Shown: in pieces, positions 9,762 to 19,937 of the stretch
Layout: every line of letters begins with the position of its first letter
Position numbering within the stretch: position 1 is the first letter of the stretch
Assembly: GCA_040882355.1 (NCBI GenBank)
Contig: JBBEBM010000005.1
Location: forward strand, 1 to 46,271
DNA length: 46,271 nt
Reading direction: 5' to 3'
From: Dehalococcoidia bacterium
GTDB lineage: Bacteria; Chloroflexota; Dehalococcoidia; DSTF01; RBG-16-68-14
The notes under the pieces: generated by a model
What the model was told of the DNA's origin: nothing
What the model saw: only the letters and a program-made list of their open reading frames with translations
Database searches by the model: none
Position numbers and translations under genes: made by a program

Positions 9762-10562
9762 CTACGGCGGCGCCTGCTGGCCGAAGTGGGACACGACCTG
9801 GCCGATGTCGCCGATGCTGACTGTACCGTCCCAATCGATGTCTGCCGCGGGTAGCGCAGGCGGCACGGTCTGGCCGAAGCGCTGCCGGACCTCACCGACG
9901 TCGCCGATCGAGACCCAGCCGTCGCCGTTCACGTCCCAGACGAACGCGCAGTCGATGGTGAGCGCCTCGGCGGGCCCGAGATCGGGCACCGCCTGGTTGT
10001 TCTCGTTCGTTATGTGGCCGTCCGGCGACGGGCCGTTGGGTGCGGTGACGGTCTCCACGCCGATGGCCGAGCACGTGTAGTCCACCTCGACAAACTTGCC
10101 TGTGTAGGTGGAGCCAAACACGCCGATGCCGAGGCCGCAGCCAATCAAGTAGTCCATGGCGCCCTTGGACTCCGCCGCAATTTCGCAGTCCGGCCAGAAC
10201 CGCCCGGCAAAGGGACCCATCTCGGTCGTCTGTGGCCGGTTGTTGAGGGTGAGCGCTGCCGAGGTGAGCAGCCGGATTTGGACGCCGTTGTAGCCGGCGA
10301 CGGTGTCGCCGTCGTCGTCGATCAGCCCGGCCAGCTTCTTGATGTGGCCCTCTACCGTGAACATCTTGCCGAGCGCCACCCGGCACATCGAGCCCACCGG
10401 AGTGGCCGGGTCCGTGTCGCAGACCATGCCCTGGCCCTTGAGCACGATGTCGGGACTGGGGCCGGCGGCACGCGCGCCTTCCCGCTGTTCGCCCGCGACA
10501 GCGAGCGCGACGAACGCAACTACGAGTACCACGAAGATCGACCGAACGAACCGCGTTGTCAT
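9762..10562 (-). CDS. Secreted protein: 6-Cys cohesin-like domain plus C-terminal dockerin-like repeat
   Basis: N-terminal signal peptide; two Ca-loop repeats, DVNGDGWVSIGD and DIDWDGTVSIGD; paralogous to 10590 and 41547. Confidence 0.75.
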   Translation of the reverse strand: MTTRFVRSIFVVLVVAFVALAVAGEQREGARAAGPSPDIVLKGQGMVCDTDPATPVGSMCRVALGKMFTVEGHIKKLAGLIDDDGDTVAGYNGVQIRLLTSAALTLNNRPQTTEMGPFAGRFWPDCEIAAESKGAMDYLIGCGLGIGVFGSTYTGKFVEVDYTCSAIGVETVTAPNGPSPDGHITNENNQAVPDLGPAEALTIDCAFVWDVNGDGWVSIGDVGEVRQRFGQTVPPALPAADIDWDGTVSIGDIGQVVSHFGQQAPP

Positions 10563-10589
10563 TGTCCTGCCTCCATCCCCTGAGCCGCG

Positions 10590-11399
10590 CTACGGTGGCG
10601 CCTGCTCGCCGAAGTGGGCGACGACCTCGCCGATGTCGCCGACGTTGATTGTGGCGTCGCCCGTCACGTCGAACTCGATCGCGACAGGCGGCACGGTCTG
10701 GCCGAAGAAGTGCACCACGCGGCCGATGTCGCCCACGGAGACCCAGCCATCGCCCGTCACGTCCCAGATGAACGCGCAGTCGATGGTGAGGATGTCGAGC
10801 TCGTTGCCGTCAGGGACGTAATAGCTCTCCCCATCAAGGAAGCTGTCCGGCGGCGGGCCGTTCGGCAGAGTGACTGAGAATACGCCAAGTGTCGTGCAGG
10901 TATAGTCCACTTCGGCCACCTTGCCCAGGTGGATGGAGCCAAACAACCCGATACCGAGGCCGCAGCCCGCCTGGTAGTTTGTTGGGCTGACCTTGGACTC
11001 GGCACGGATCCCGCAGTCCGGCCAGTAGGGCGCGGCCGCAGGGCCCAGCTCCGTCTGCTGCGGCCGGTTGTTCAGCGACAGCGCCGGCGACGTCAGCAGG
11101 CGCAGCCCTATCCCACCATAGCCGGCAATTGTGTCGCCGTCGCTGTCGTGCAGGCCGGCGATCTTGTCGATGTATACCTCGACGGTTAACTGCCCGCCGA
11201 GGGGCAGGCGGCACGTGTCGGGCTTCCCGGTGTTGGGGTTCGTGTCGCAGTTCCGATTCTTTCCTGCGATGGACAGCTCCGGCGTGACGGTGTTCGCCTC
11301 CGCCGGTTGAGAACCCCAACTCAGGATGAGCGGTAGCGCCAACCCCACTGCGACCGCTGTCGCGAAGCCAAGCGTCAGTGTGATTCGTGCCGTACTCAT
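10590..11399 (-). CDS. Secreted protein: 6-Cys cohesin-like domain plus dockerin-like repeat
   Basis: GGAGG SD before ATG 11399; signal peptide; DVTGDGWVSVGD and DVTGDATINVGD; tandem paralog of 9762. Confidence 0.75.
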   Translation of the reverse strand: MSTARITLTLGFATAVAVGLALPLILSWGSQPAEANTVTPELSIAGKNRNCDTNPNTGKPDTCRLPLGGQLTVEVYIDKIAGLHDSDGDTIAGYGGIGLRLLTSPALSLNNRPQQTELGPAAAPYWPDCGIRAESKVSPTNYQAGCGLGIGLFGSIHLGKVAEVDYTCTTLGVFSVTLPNGPPPDSFLDGESYYVPDGNELDILTIDCAFIWDVTGDGWVSVGDIGRVVHFFGQTVPPVAIEFDVTGDATINVGDIGEVVAHFGEQAPP

Positions 11400-11489
11400 C
11401 GTGCGCCACCTCCCGCTGTCCTGCGAGCGTTCGCCAGTGACCCATGCGGCCAGCGTGCCTAGTATACACCTTGTGTCAAGCCCGCCGTC

Positions 11490-11518
11490 TTGACGCGAGC
11501 CGCTAGCCCTGGTATGCT
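11490..11518 (+). promoter_or_regulatory. Sigma70-type promoter of the btu/cob operon
   Basis: TTGACG-17 nt-TATGCT just upstream of the riboswitch. Confidence 0.7.
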
Positions 11519-11541
11519 CCGCCTTGACAACTGAAGAGCGC

Positions 11542-11658
11542 GTGCGGAGGTGCCCGGGAGCCGTCTCCCGGGAAGAGCGAAGCCGGTGCGAATCCGGCGC
11601 TGTCGCGCAACTGTGATTCCGCCCACCGCGGATAAGCCAGGTCGCCTGCCTCCGCCAC
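11542..11658 (+). ncRNA. Cobalamin riboswitch
   Basis: AAGAGCGAAGCCGGTGCGAATCCGGCGCTGTCGCGCAACTGT...AAGCCAGGTCGCCTGCC (B12 box), upstream of corrinoid uptake and salvage genes. Confidence 0.93.
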
Positions 11659-11711
11659 ATGTCACGTAGCCTTCGCGGAAGAGGCGCGGTCATTGCGAAC
11701 ACGCAGCGTCC

Positions 11712-11739
11712 AAGCCCTTGCTGAGGCAAGGGCTTTTTT
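11712..11739 (+). terminator. Intrinsic terminator (riboswitch expression platform)
   Basis: AAGCCCTTGC-TGAG-GCAAGGGCTT followed by a T tract. Confidence 0.85.
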
Positions 11740-11812
11740 GTTGCCGGAGCGCAGTTCTCGCCTGTTCCGTGGGGCGCCGAACAAACGGACGGGGGGAGAG
11801 AGGAGCACACGC

Positions 11813-12817
11813 ATGATGCGTTCCATTCGGCAGATACTGGCCGCTAGCCTGCTCGGGCTGCTCGTTCTGGGCGGCGCCTGCGACGACGATAACAGCGGCG
11901 ATACCGGCGGCGGGACCCCGGCGACGCCCGGCGCGAGTGGTGAGTTCCCCGTCACGCTGGAGCGCGCCGACGGCAAGGATCTCACGCTGGAGGCGGCGCC
12001 ACAGCGGATCGCGGCGCTTTCGCCGGGGCACGTCGAGATGCTGTTCGCGATCGGCGCCGGAGACCAGGTGATCGCTGTCGAGCAGAACGCGGACTACCCG
12101 CCCGAAGCGGCGGCGATGGAGATCAAGCTGAGCGCCTTCGAGCCGAGCGCCGAGGCGATCGCGGCGGTCGACCCGGACCTCGTCATCATCTCAAACGACC
12201 TCGACGGCATCGTCGCCGCGCTCGACAACCTGGGCATCCCGGTGCTGTTCGACGACATCGACACGCGGATCACAACGATCGAGGAGGTCTTCGAGAGCAT
12301 CGAGGAGATGGGCCGCGCGACCGGCCACGCCGACGAGGCGGAGACGCTGGTCGATGGCCTCCAGGAGCGCGTCGACGCCGTCGTCGAGGACGCCGCCGGC
12401 CTCGACGGGCCGACGATCTACCACGAGCTGGACGTGACGGGCGGCTTCTTCAGCGTCGGCCCGGAGAGCTTCGTCGGCGATCTCTACAGCAAACTCAACG
12501 CCGAGAACATCGTCGAGGCGGGCGAGGGCGCGTACCCTTCGCTCACGCAGGAAGCGATCATCGACCGCGACCCGGAGGTGATCCTGCTCGCGGACGCGGA
12601 GTTCGGGCAGACGCCGGAGGTGGTGTCGGCGCGGCCGGGATGGGAGGCGATCGCCGCGGTAACGAACGGCCGCGTCTACGCGATCGACGCGGACATCTAC
12701 AGCCGGCCGGGGCCGCGCATCGTCGATGCGCTGGAGGAGCTGGCCGGCCTGCTCTACCCCGACGAGTCCTCGTGGAGGGAAGCGCCGTGCTCGGCGTGCT
12801 TCGCCGCCCCCGCCTGA
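11813..12817 (+). CDS. btuF: Cobalamin ABC transporter substrate-binding lipoprotein
   Basis: Lipobox-like LGGAC, PQRIAALSP, RPGPRIVDALE; lies behind the B12 riboswitch. Confidence 0.85.
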   Translation: MMRSIRQILAASLLGLLVLGGACDDDNSGDTGGGTPATPGASGEFPVTLERADGKDLTLEAAPQRIAALSPGHVEMLFAIGAGDQVIAVEQNADYPPEAAAMEIKLSAFEPSAEAIAAVDPDLVIISNDLDGIVAALDNLGIPVLFDDIDTRITTIEEVFESIEEMGRATGHADEAETLVDGLQERVDAVVEDAAGLDGPTIYHELDVTGGFFSVGPESFVGDLYSKLNAENIVEAGEGAYPSLTQEAIIDRDPEVILLADAEFGQTPEVVSARPGWEAIAAVTNGRVYAIDADIYSRPGPRIVDALEELAGLLYPDESSWREAPCSACFAAPA

Positions 12818-13869
12818 GCGGCGTCGACGCGGCATCGCTGCGGCGGCCGCTGCTCGGGCCGTTCGCGTTCGGGCTCGGCGGCGTGGCGCTGATCGGCGTC
12901 TTCTCGCTGCTCTGGGGCGCCGCGGACATCCCGCCGATGACTGTGGTGCGCATCCTGCTCTACCACCTCGGCCTGCCGGTCGAGGTCGACTGGCCCAGGA
13001 GCTGGGACGCTATCGTCTGGGAAGTGCGCGTGCCGCGCATGCTGCTGGCGGGCCTCGTCGGCGCAACGCTCGCCTACTCGGGCACGACCTACCAGGGCGT
13101 GTTCCGCAACCCGCTCGCTGACCCGTACCTGATCGGCGTCGCGGCGGGCGCGGGCCTGGGGGCGGCGCTCGTGATCGTGAGCCCGCTGCCCTACACGCTC
13201 GGGCCGCTGAGCCCGGTGCCGGCGGCGGCGTTCCTCGGCGCGATGACCGCCGTGACGATCACGTACCTGCTGGCGCGCGTCGGGCCGGTCGTGCCGACGG
13301 TGACGCTGATCCTGGCGGGCACGGCTGTCTCGTCCGTTGGCACGGCCGCCGTCTCCTACCTGATGCTGATCGACGATAACCGAGCCCTCTCCCTGCTCTC
13401 CTGGCTACTCGGCGGCTTCAACACGGCATCGTGGGAGCGTGTCTGGCTGCTCGTCCCTTACGCGCTGCTCGGCGGGTTGGTGCTGCTGCCCTTCGGCCGG
13501 GCGCTCAACGTGCTCCAACTGAGCGAGGACCAGGCGCGACAGCTCGGCGTGAACGTCGAAGCGCTGAAGGTGGGCCTGCTCGTGGTCGCGTCGCTCGCGA
13601 CGGCGGCGGCCGTCGCCGTGAGCGGCATCATCGGCTTCGTCGGGCTCGTCGTGCCGCACATCGCGAGGCTGCTCTGGGGGCCGGACTACCGGCGACTGCT
13701 GCCGATGTCGGCGCTGGTCGGAGCGTCGTTCATGATCCTGGCGGACCTGGTCGCGCGATCGATCGCGCCGCCGCACGAGATCCCGGTGGGGATCGTCACC
13801 GCGTTCGCCGGCGCGCCGTTCTTCCTCTACCTACTGCGCCGGCAGCGACGGGCGAGCCTCTATGCTTAG
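12787..13869 (+). CDS. btuC: FecCD/BtuC family permease
   Basis: QGVFRNPLADPYLIGVAAGA, GIIGFVGLVVPH, EIPVGIVTA; start inferred at the GTG after GGAGGG. Confidence 0.88.
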   Translation: MLGVLRRPRLSGVDAASLRRPLLGPFAFGLGGVALIGVFSLLWGAADIPPMTVVRILLYHLGLPVEVDWPRSWDAIVWEVRVPRMLLAGLVGATLAYSGTTYQGVFRNPLADPYLIGVAAGAGLGAALVIVSPLPYTLGPLSPVPAAAFLGAMTAVTITYLLARVGPVVPTVTLILAGTAVSSVGTAAVSYLMLIDDNRALSLLSWLLGGFNTASWERVWLLVPYALLGGLVLLPFGRALNVLQLSEDQARQLGVNVEALKVGLLVVASLATAAAVAVSGIIGFVGLVVPHIARLLWGPDYRRLLPMSALVGASFMILADLVARSIAPPHEIPVGIVTAFAGAPFFLYLLRRQRRASLYA

Positions 13870-14665
13870 CGTCCGCGACGTCTGGGCCGGCTACGAAGGG
13901 CGCTCTGTCCTGCGCGGCGTCGACCTCAAGGTGGGCGCTGGCGAAGTCGTCGCCCTCGTCGGGCCGAACGGCTGCGGCAAGACGACGCTGCTGCGCGCGG
14001 TCAGCGGCGTGCTGCGCATCGAGCGGGGCGACGTGCGCCTCGCCGGCGACGAGCTGCGGTCGCTGTCGAGCCGCGAGCGGGCGCAACGCCTCGCCGTCGT
14101 GCCGCAGGGCGCGGCGCTGCCGCCCGGCTTCTCGGCGCTCGAGCAGGTGCTGCTCGGCCGCACGCCATACGTCGGGCTGATCGGGTCGGAGGGCCCGGAC
14201 GACATCGCCGCGGCGCGCAAGGCGATGCTCCTGACCGACTGCTGGCCGTTCGCAGAACGGCCGGTCGAGGAGCTGTCCGGCGGCGAGCGTCAGCGCGTCG
14301 TCCTGGCGCGGGCGCTCGCGCAAGAGCCGCGCATCCTCTTGCTGGACGAGCCGACCGCGCACCTGGACCTGGCGCATCAGGTGCGCACCTTCCAGCTCGC
14401 GGCGCAGCTCGGGCGCGACCTCGGCCTCGCCGTGCTGGCGGCGGTGCACGACCTGACGCTCGCGTCGCTCTTCGCGGACCGCATCGCGTTCCTGGAAGGC
14501 GGTCGCATCACGCTGGAGGGCACGCCGCAGGAGGCGCTGCGCCCCGAGACGATCGAGCGGGTCTACGGGCTGCCCGTCGCTGTCATGGCGCATCCGACGA
14601 CAGGCCGGCCGGTCGTCCTGCCCGACATATCCCGCAACGGCCATGCCGCCGGGACGCCGCTGTGA
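13862..14665 (+). CDS. btuD: ABC transporter ATPase
   Basis: GPNGCGKT, LSGGERQR, LLLDEPT. Confidence 0.88.
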   Translation: MLSVRDVWAGYEGRSVLRGVDLKVGAGEVVALVGPNGCGKTTLLRAVSGVLRIERGDVRLAGDELRSLSSRERAQRLAVVPQGAALPPGFSALEQVLLGRTPYVGLIGSEGPDDIAAARKAMLLTDCWPFAERPVEELSGGERQRVVLARALAQEPRILLLDEPTAHLDLAHQVRTFQLAAQLGRDLGLAVLAAVHDLTLASLFADRIAFLEGGRITLEGTPQEALRPETIERVYGLPVAVMAHPTTGRPVVLPDISRNGHAAGTPL

Positions 14666-15720
14666 GCAACGGCTCTTCGTTGATCGACGACGCGGCCACG
14701 CGCGTGCGCGCGCCGGACGCGGAGGCGATGGCGGTTGCGCGAGCGCGGCAGGCGACGCTGACGAAGCCGCCGGGAAGCCTGGGGCGGCTGGAGGACCTTG
14801 CGGTCTGGCTGGCCGGCGTCCGGGGCGATGCGCGGCCGCGTCTCGAACGCAAGACGGTCGTCGTCGCGGCAGCGGACCACGGTGTGGCGCGGCAGGGGGT
14901 GAGCGCGTACCCGCAGGGCGTGACGGCGCAGATGGTGCGCAACTTCCTACGCGGCGGCGCCGCGATCAACGCGCTCGCCCGACAGAGCGACGCCGACGTC
15001 ATCGTCGTCGACGCGGGCGTCGTCGAACCGATCGAGCCGAGCGAGGGCCTGGTCTCGCTGCGCATCGGGCCCGGCACGAAGGACATGACGCAGGGGCCCG
15101 CGATGACGCGCGAGCAGGCGATTGCCTGCCTGGAGGCGGGCGCGCGGTTGGCCGCAGACCTGAACACCGACGCTGTTGTGCTCGGCGACATGGGCATCGG
15201 CAACACGACAGCGGCCGCGGCGCTCACGGCCGCGTTCACAGACGCTTCGCCCGAGGCGGTCTGCGGGCCGGGCACGGGACTCGACGAAGACGGCATCGAG
15301 CGCAAGATACGCGCGATCACACGGGCGCTCGACGCGAACCGCCCCGACCCGTCCGATCCGGTCGGCGTGCTGGCGGCGGTCGGGGGGTTCGAGCTAGGGG
15401 TGCTGGCCGGCGTGGTGGTGGGCGCGGCGGGGCTAAGCACGCCCGTCATTCTCGACGGCTACCCGACGACGGCCGCGGCCCTGGTCGCGACGGCGCTCTG
15501 CCCGCCCGCCCGCGACTACCTGATCGCCTCGCACATGTCGGCGGAGCCGGGTCACATGGTCGCGCTGGCGCACCTCGGCCTGACACCTCTGCTCGACCTG
15601 GGGCTGCGGCTGGGCGAAGGCACCGGCGGCGTGCTCGCGCTCGGCCTGCTCGACGCCGCGGCGCGTCTCCACGACCAGATGGCCACGTTCGACGAGGCAG
15701 GAGTGAGCGGGCCGCGGTGA
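14662..15720 (+). CDS. cobT: Nicotinate-nucleotide:dimethylbenzimidazole phosphoribosyltransferase
   Basis: LTKPPGSLGRLE, AADHGV, GDMGIGNTT, LRLGEGTG. Confidence 0.96.
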   Translation: MSNGSSLIDDAATRVRAPDAEAMAVARARQATLTKPPGSLGRLEDLAVWLAGVRGDARPRLERKTVVVAAADHGVARQGVSAYPQGVTAQMVRNFLRGGAAINALARQSDADVIVVDAGVVEPIEPSEGLVSLRIGPGTKDMTQGPAMTREQAIACLEAGARLAADLNTDAVVLGDMGIGNTTAAAALTAAFTDASPEAVCGPGTGLDEDGIERKIRAITRALDANRPDPSDPVGVLAAVGGFELGVLAGVVVGAAGLSTPVILDGYPTTAAALVATALCPPARDYLIASHMSAEPGHMVALAHLGLTPLLDLGLRLGEGTGGVLALGLLDAAARLHDQMATFDEAGVSGPR

Positions 15721-16514
15721 GTCGTGCCGCCGCCCTGCTCCAGGCGCCGCTCGCCGCGCTGGAGTTCCTCACGACGCTCCGGCTGCGTCGCACACCGAGA
15801 GGGTCGCTGACGCATGTGGCGCAGGCGCAGGGGCTGTTCCCGCTGGTAGGGCTGCTGCTCGGACTGATCCTGGTCGGCCTCGACCGCGCGTTTTCGAAGG
15901 CGCTGCCCCCCGACGCGACCGACGTGCTGCTTGTCGTCACGCTGGTGCTCCTCACGGGCGCGCTCCACGTCGAAGGGCTGGCCGACGCCTGCGACGGCCT
16001 CTTCGGCGGGCGGACGCGGGAGGAGCGGCTCGCCATCATGCGCGACCCGCGCATCGGCGTCTACGGCGGGCTGGGCCTGACGGGCGTGCTCGCGCTTAAG
16101 TGGGCGGGCTTGCAGTCCTTGCCCGATGACGTTCGGGTCGAGGGGCTGCTCCTCGCGCCGGTGCTCTCGCGCTGGGCGCTCGTCACGGCGATCGCGGTCT
16201 TCCCTTACGCCCGACCCGAGGGCATGGGCCACGAGTTTCGTGCGCACTCGTGGCCGTGGAGCGTGCCAGTTGCGTGGGTGGCGGCGCTGGCCGCGAGCGG
16301 CCTGCTGCTGGGCGCAGGCGGCCTCGTGCTTGCCGCGACGATGACGATCGCCGCGCTCCTGGTCGGCTGGTATTGCGCCGCGAAGCTCGGCGGCCTGACC
16401 GGCGACACGTACGGCGCGATCACCGAGCTGGTCGAGGCGGTGGCCCTGCTGGCGCTGGGCGCCGCCGCCGCGCGAGGCTGGGTGGACGCGTCCGCCTGGG
16501 GCGGACTGGGCTAG
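15717..16514 (+). CDS. cobS: Adenosylcobinamide-GDP ribazoletransferase
   Basis: TGALHVEGLADACDG, IMRDPRIG, GGLTGDTYGA; GTG overlaps the cobT stop. Confidence 0.93.
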   Translation: MSRAAALLQAPLAALEFLTTLRLRRTPRGSLTHVAQAQGLFPLVGLLLGLILVGLDRAFSKALPPDATDVLLVVTLVLLTGALHVEGLADACDGLFGGRTREERLAIMRDPRIGVYGGLGLTGVLALKWAGLQSLPDDVRVEGLLLAPVLSRWALVTAIAVFPYARPEGMGHEFRAHSWPWSVPVAWVAALAASGLLLGAGGLVLAATMTIAALLVGWYCAAKLGGLTGDTYGAITELVEAVALLALGAAAARGWVDASAWGGLG

Positions 16515-16526
16515 GCTGGGCGCGCC

Positions 16527-17102
16527 ATGAGCGAGCTGATCCTGGTGCTGGGCGGCGCCCGCAGCGGCAAGAGCGCTTTCGCGCGCAGGCTCGCGGCGGA
16601 GGGGCCGACCCCGGTCCTCTTCGTCGCAACGATGGAGCCGGGCGACGACGAGCTGCGGCGACGGATCGAGCGTCACCGGCGAGAACGGCCGCCGGAGTGG
16701 CGCACGCTGGAAGAGCCGCTCGCCGTCGTCGACGCGCTGCGTCGTTGCGACGGAGCGCCCGACACGGTGCTGCTCGACTGCCTGACGCTGTGGGTCGCGA
16801 ACCTGCTTCAGCGCTCGCTCGGGGACGAGGTTGCGCCCGACGCGATCGAGGCGGCGGAGGCGGACGCGCTCATGCAGGTCGATGCGCTGCTCGGTTGGCG
16901 GAGCGAGTCGGGCGCGCGGCTGATCGTCGTCAGCAACGAGGTGGGGTTAGGCATCGTGCCGGAGTACCCGCTCGGCCGGGCGTTTCGCGACATCCTGGGG
17001 CTAGCGCACCAGCGTATCGCCGCGGCGGCCGACCGCGTCTACTTCGTGGTGGCGGGCCTCGCGAACGAGATCAAAGGGCCGGCGGGACGTGAAGGTGACT
17101 AG
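16527..17102 (+). CDS. cobU: Adenosylcobinamide kinase/guanylyltransferase
   Basis: GGARSGKS, IERHRRER, LLDCLTLW, VSNEVGLG. Confidence 0.95.
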   Translation: MSELILVLGGARSGKSAFARRLAAEGPTPVLFVATMEPGDDELRRRIERHRRERPPEWRTLEEPLAVVDALRRCDGAPDTVLLDCLTLWVANLLQRSLGDEVAPDAIEAAEADALMQVDALLGWRSESGARLIVVSNEVGLGIVPEYPLGRAFRDILGLAHQRIAAAADRVYFVVAGLANEIKGPAGREGD

Positions 17103-17848
17103 CCCGCCTTGCGATGGGGCTGTCGCGCCGAAAGGGAGCCGTCGACGAAGACACCGTAGCCGCGGTACGGCGCCGTCTGGATGAGCTGGCCGTCCTGACC
17201 CAACGCGCGCAGCTTGCGTCGCAGGTTGCTCACGTGCGCCCGCACGAGCTGCGCGCCGCCCAGGCCGCCATCGTACCCCCAGACCTCCTCCAACAGCTCC
17301 TCCGCCGGCGCAAGCTGGCCCGGACGTTGCATGAGATAGCGCAGCAGGCGGAACTCGGTGGGCGTCAGCTCCAGGACGCCGCCGCCGGCGAAGAGGAGCT
17401 GCTGCGTCACGCCGTCCAGCGCCACGCTACCGACGCTCAGCAGATCGTCGGGCCGGCGTCTGGAGTCGGCCGCGATCACCTTCGCCACGGCGCGCGTCAG
17501 GTCGCGCGCGGCGACGGGCTTGGTGACCACACCATCGCAGCCCTCCTGAAAGCACCCCGGCAGGGCACCCGGAACGAGCTTCGCGGACGCGGGCGCGAAC
17601 ATCACAATCGGTGGACGGGGCCGGCCCTGGCTGTCGCAGATCCAGCGCAGCAGACGTTCGACCTCGCCGGTCGGGAACAGGCTGTCGAGACAGATCGCGT
17701 CGACATGCAGGCGCGAGAGGGCGCGCTGCGCCTTGCGCAGCGTCGACGCGGTAAGCGGCGCATAGCCGGACGCCATGAGGCAGCCCTCCGCAGCGCGGAG
17801 CACAGCATCATCCGGACTGACTACCAATACCTGGGCAGCCGACTCCAT
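17099..17848 (-). CDS. OmpR-family response regulator with atypical receiver
   Basis: Winged-helix signature LTPTEFRLLRYLM...VWGY...VRAHVSNLRRKL...GYG; the receiver lacks the N-terminal acidic pair. Confidence 0.85.
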   Translation of the reverse strand: MESAAQVLVVSPDDAVLRAAEGCLMASGYAPLTASTLRKAQRALSRLHVDAICLDSLFPTGEVERLLRWICDSQGRPRPPIVMFAPASAKLVPGALPGCFQEGCDGVVTKPVAARDLTRAVAKVIAADSRRRPDDLLSVGSVALDGVTQQLLFAGGGVLELTPTEFRLLRYLMQRPGQLAPAEELLEEVWGYDGGLGGAQLVRAHVSNLRRKLRALGQDGQLIQTAPYRGYGVFVDGSLSARQPHRKAG

Positions 17849-18014
17849 CGATTCCCGTCTACAAGTCAGGCAAGTTCCACCCACCCAAGGGGAATGCCAC
17901 CTGCAAAGATTATGCCATACGCTGTCAAGTACCGTCGCGCCGCGCAGCTTGCGCGCCAATCAGGACGTACATAGAATTCAGTAGCAGCCTTTCGTCAACT
18001 GAGGCGCCCCTCGC

Positions 18015-19055
18015 ATGACTGAACCACGCATCATCGACCTGCGCAGCGACACCGTCACCCAGCCCACGCCCGACATGCGTCGCGCGATGGCCGAGGCGGT
18101 GGTGGGCGACGACGTCTTCGGCGACGACCCCACCGTGCAGCGACTCGAGGCGATGGCCGCTGAACGGATGGGGAAAGAGGCGGCCGTCTTCGTCGCGAGC
18201 GGCACGATGGGCAACATCGTCTGCCTGCTGTCGCACTGCCAGCGCGGCGACGAGGCGATCGTCGGAACGGAGGCGCACATCCTCCAGTACGAAGTCGCGA
18301 GCGCGGCAGGTGTCGGCGGCATCCAGCTCCGCTCGGTGCCGAACCTGGCGAACGGCATGCTCGACCTCGATTCCGTCGAGGCGACGATTCGCGGCAGGGA
18401 CATCCACTTCCCGCGCACGGCGCTCGTCTGCCTCGAGAACACGCAGAACCGCTGCGGAGGCGGCGTGATCACCGTTGATGAAACGAGCGCCCTCACGCGG
18501 CTCGTGCACGAGCGGGGCATCGCCGTGCACCTGGACGGGGCGCGCATCTTCAACGCCGCCATCGCCCTCGGCGTGCCGGCCACGGCGCTCACCACCGATG
18601 TCGACTCGGTCACGTTCTGCCTCTCGAAGGGGCTGTCGGCGCCTATCGGCTCGCTCGTCTGCGGGTCGGCGGAGTTCGTAGCTCGAGCGCGCAAGGCCCG
18701 CAAGCAGCTCGGCGGCGGGATGCGCCAGGTGGGCGTGATCGCGGCGGCGGGCATCGTCGCGCTGGAGTCGATGATCGAGCGCCTCGCGGAGGACCACGAG
18801 AACGCGCGCCTTCTGGCGCAGGGCCTCGCTTCGATCCCGGGCGTGCGCATCGACCCGGCGAGCGTGCAAACGAACCTGGTCTTCTTCGACGTGGACGACG
18901 CCTCCGCCTTCCGGCGCGCCCTCTACCGGGCGGGCGTCTGGGCAACGGGCATGGGCCCGACGCGCGTGCGCATGGTCACGCACTACGGCATCACGCGCGG
19001 CGACGTCGAAGAGGCCCTGGAGCGCGCGCGGGACGTAGCGGCGGCGCCGGTCTGA
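18015..19055 (+). CDS. ltaE: Low-specificity L-threonine aldolase
   Basis: IDLRSDTVT, SGTMGN, LENT, HLDGARIFNA, CLSKGL. Confidence 0.95.
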   Translation: MTEPRIIDLRSDTVTQPTPDMRRAMAEAVVGDDVFGDDPTVQRLEAMAAERMGKEAAVFVASGTMGNIVCLLSHCQRGDEAIVGTEAHILQYEVASAAGVGGIQLRSVPNLANGMLDLDSVEATIRGRDIHFPRTALVCLENTQNRCGGGVITVDETSALTRLVHERGIAVHLDGARIFNAAIALGVPATALTTDVDSVTFCLSKGLSAPIGSLVCGSAEFVARARKARKQLGGGMRQVGVIAAAGIVALESMIERLAEDHENARLLAQGLASIPGVRIDPASVQTNLVFFDVDDASAFRRALYRAGVWATGMGPTRVRMVTHYGITRGDVEEALERARDVAAAPV

Positions 19056-19057
19056 GC

Positions 19058-19786
19058 ATGCGGCTGGCCTTCGCCCTCACCGCGCTGGGCATCGCGCTGC
19101 TCCTCGCCGCGGCGTGCAGCGACGGCGAGGACGTCGTTACGCAGGACATCGTGACGGACATCCCGTGGGTGGACGGCGAGCGCACGGAGTACGCGGTATT
19201 CGACGACGAGGGTGAGGACGAGTTGGGGACAGGCGTCTACGAGGCGACACTCCAAGGTGATCGCTACCTACTCTCTCTCAACTACGAGGGCGAGCTATCG
19301 ACCGATGAAAGCGAGGTCGTCGTCGACGCGACGACGCTCAAGCCCCTCACGCTCCACCGCGAGGTGCACACCGACACGACCGACCAAGTCCTCGACGGCG
19401 ACTACGACGCTGAGGAGATGGTGGCCAACATCACGCTGAAGGAAGACGACAATGATGAAGAGAGCACGGTGCGACGCCTGAAGGAGCACTACTACGACAA
19501 CGAGTCGTCCGTCTTCCTGTGGCGGACGATCCCGTTCGCCGAGGGTTATGAGGCCAGCTATCACGCCGCGGTGCTCAACCTGGGACGCAACGCCGCGGTA
19601 ACACTGAGGGTCGTTGACAGGGAAGAGATCACTGTGCCGGCAGGCACGTTCGACACCTGGGTCGTGGAGATCGAAGCCGGCGGGGCGAAGCAGAAGGCCT
19701 GGTTCTCGGACTCGCCGGAGCACTGGCTGGTTCAGTACGACAACACGCTCAACGTCTTCCGGCTGAAATCGACGGGCGACGCGTAG
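19058..19786 (+). CDS. Lipoprotein, DUF3108-like
   Basis: Lipobox LAAAC; C-terminal EEITVPAGTFDTW motif. Confidence 0.7.
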   Translation: MRLAFALTALGIALLLAAACSDGEDVVTQDIVTDIPWVDGERTEYAVFDDEGEDELGTGVYEATLQGDRYLLSLNYEGELSTDESEVVVDATTLKPLTLHREVHTDTTDQVLDGDYDAEEMVANITLKEDDNDEESTVRRLKEHYYDNESSVFLWRTIPFAEGYEASYHAAVLNLGRNAAVTLRVVDREEITVPAGTFDTWVVEIEAGGAKQKAWFSDSPEHWLVQYDNTLNVFRLKSTGDA

Positions 19787-19929
19787 CAGGATGGTGAAAG
19801 AGCCCAAGAACCAAGGTCTTTCACTCCCACCCACCCGCCCAGCGGTGTTTGGGTGAGTCGGGGGGACACGCCCCAGGCCCCCCGGCAGGGGGCGCTGCCC
19901 CCTCCACCCCCTTAACGGCGCCCTGCCAG
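19784..19929. mobile_element. MITE-like repeat with a GGGGACAC core
   Basis: Ends TAGCAGG...CCTGCCAG; internal ACCCACCCGCCC and GGGGGACAC...CCCCGGCAGGGGGCGCTGCCCCCT are shared with 3 other copies. Confidence 0.55.
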
Positions 19930-19937
19930 AACCGCTC

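Noticed and set aside
11400..11812. Upstream extensions of the 10590 and 11693 ORFs
   Set aside because: They run through the promoter, cobalamin riboswitch and terminator; SD-supported starts are at 11399 and 11813.
12787..12817. CxxC motif at the BtuF C-terminus
   Set aside because: It falls in the overlap with the btuC start and is probably a by-product of dual coding.
14643..15716. 623-aa ORF read as a cobT-cobS fusion
   Set aside because: The upstream part is an alternative frame over cobT; CobS similarity starts at 15717.
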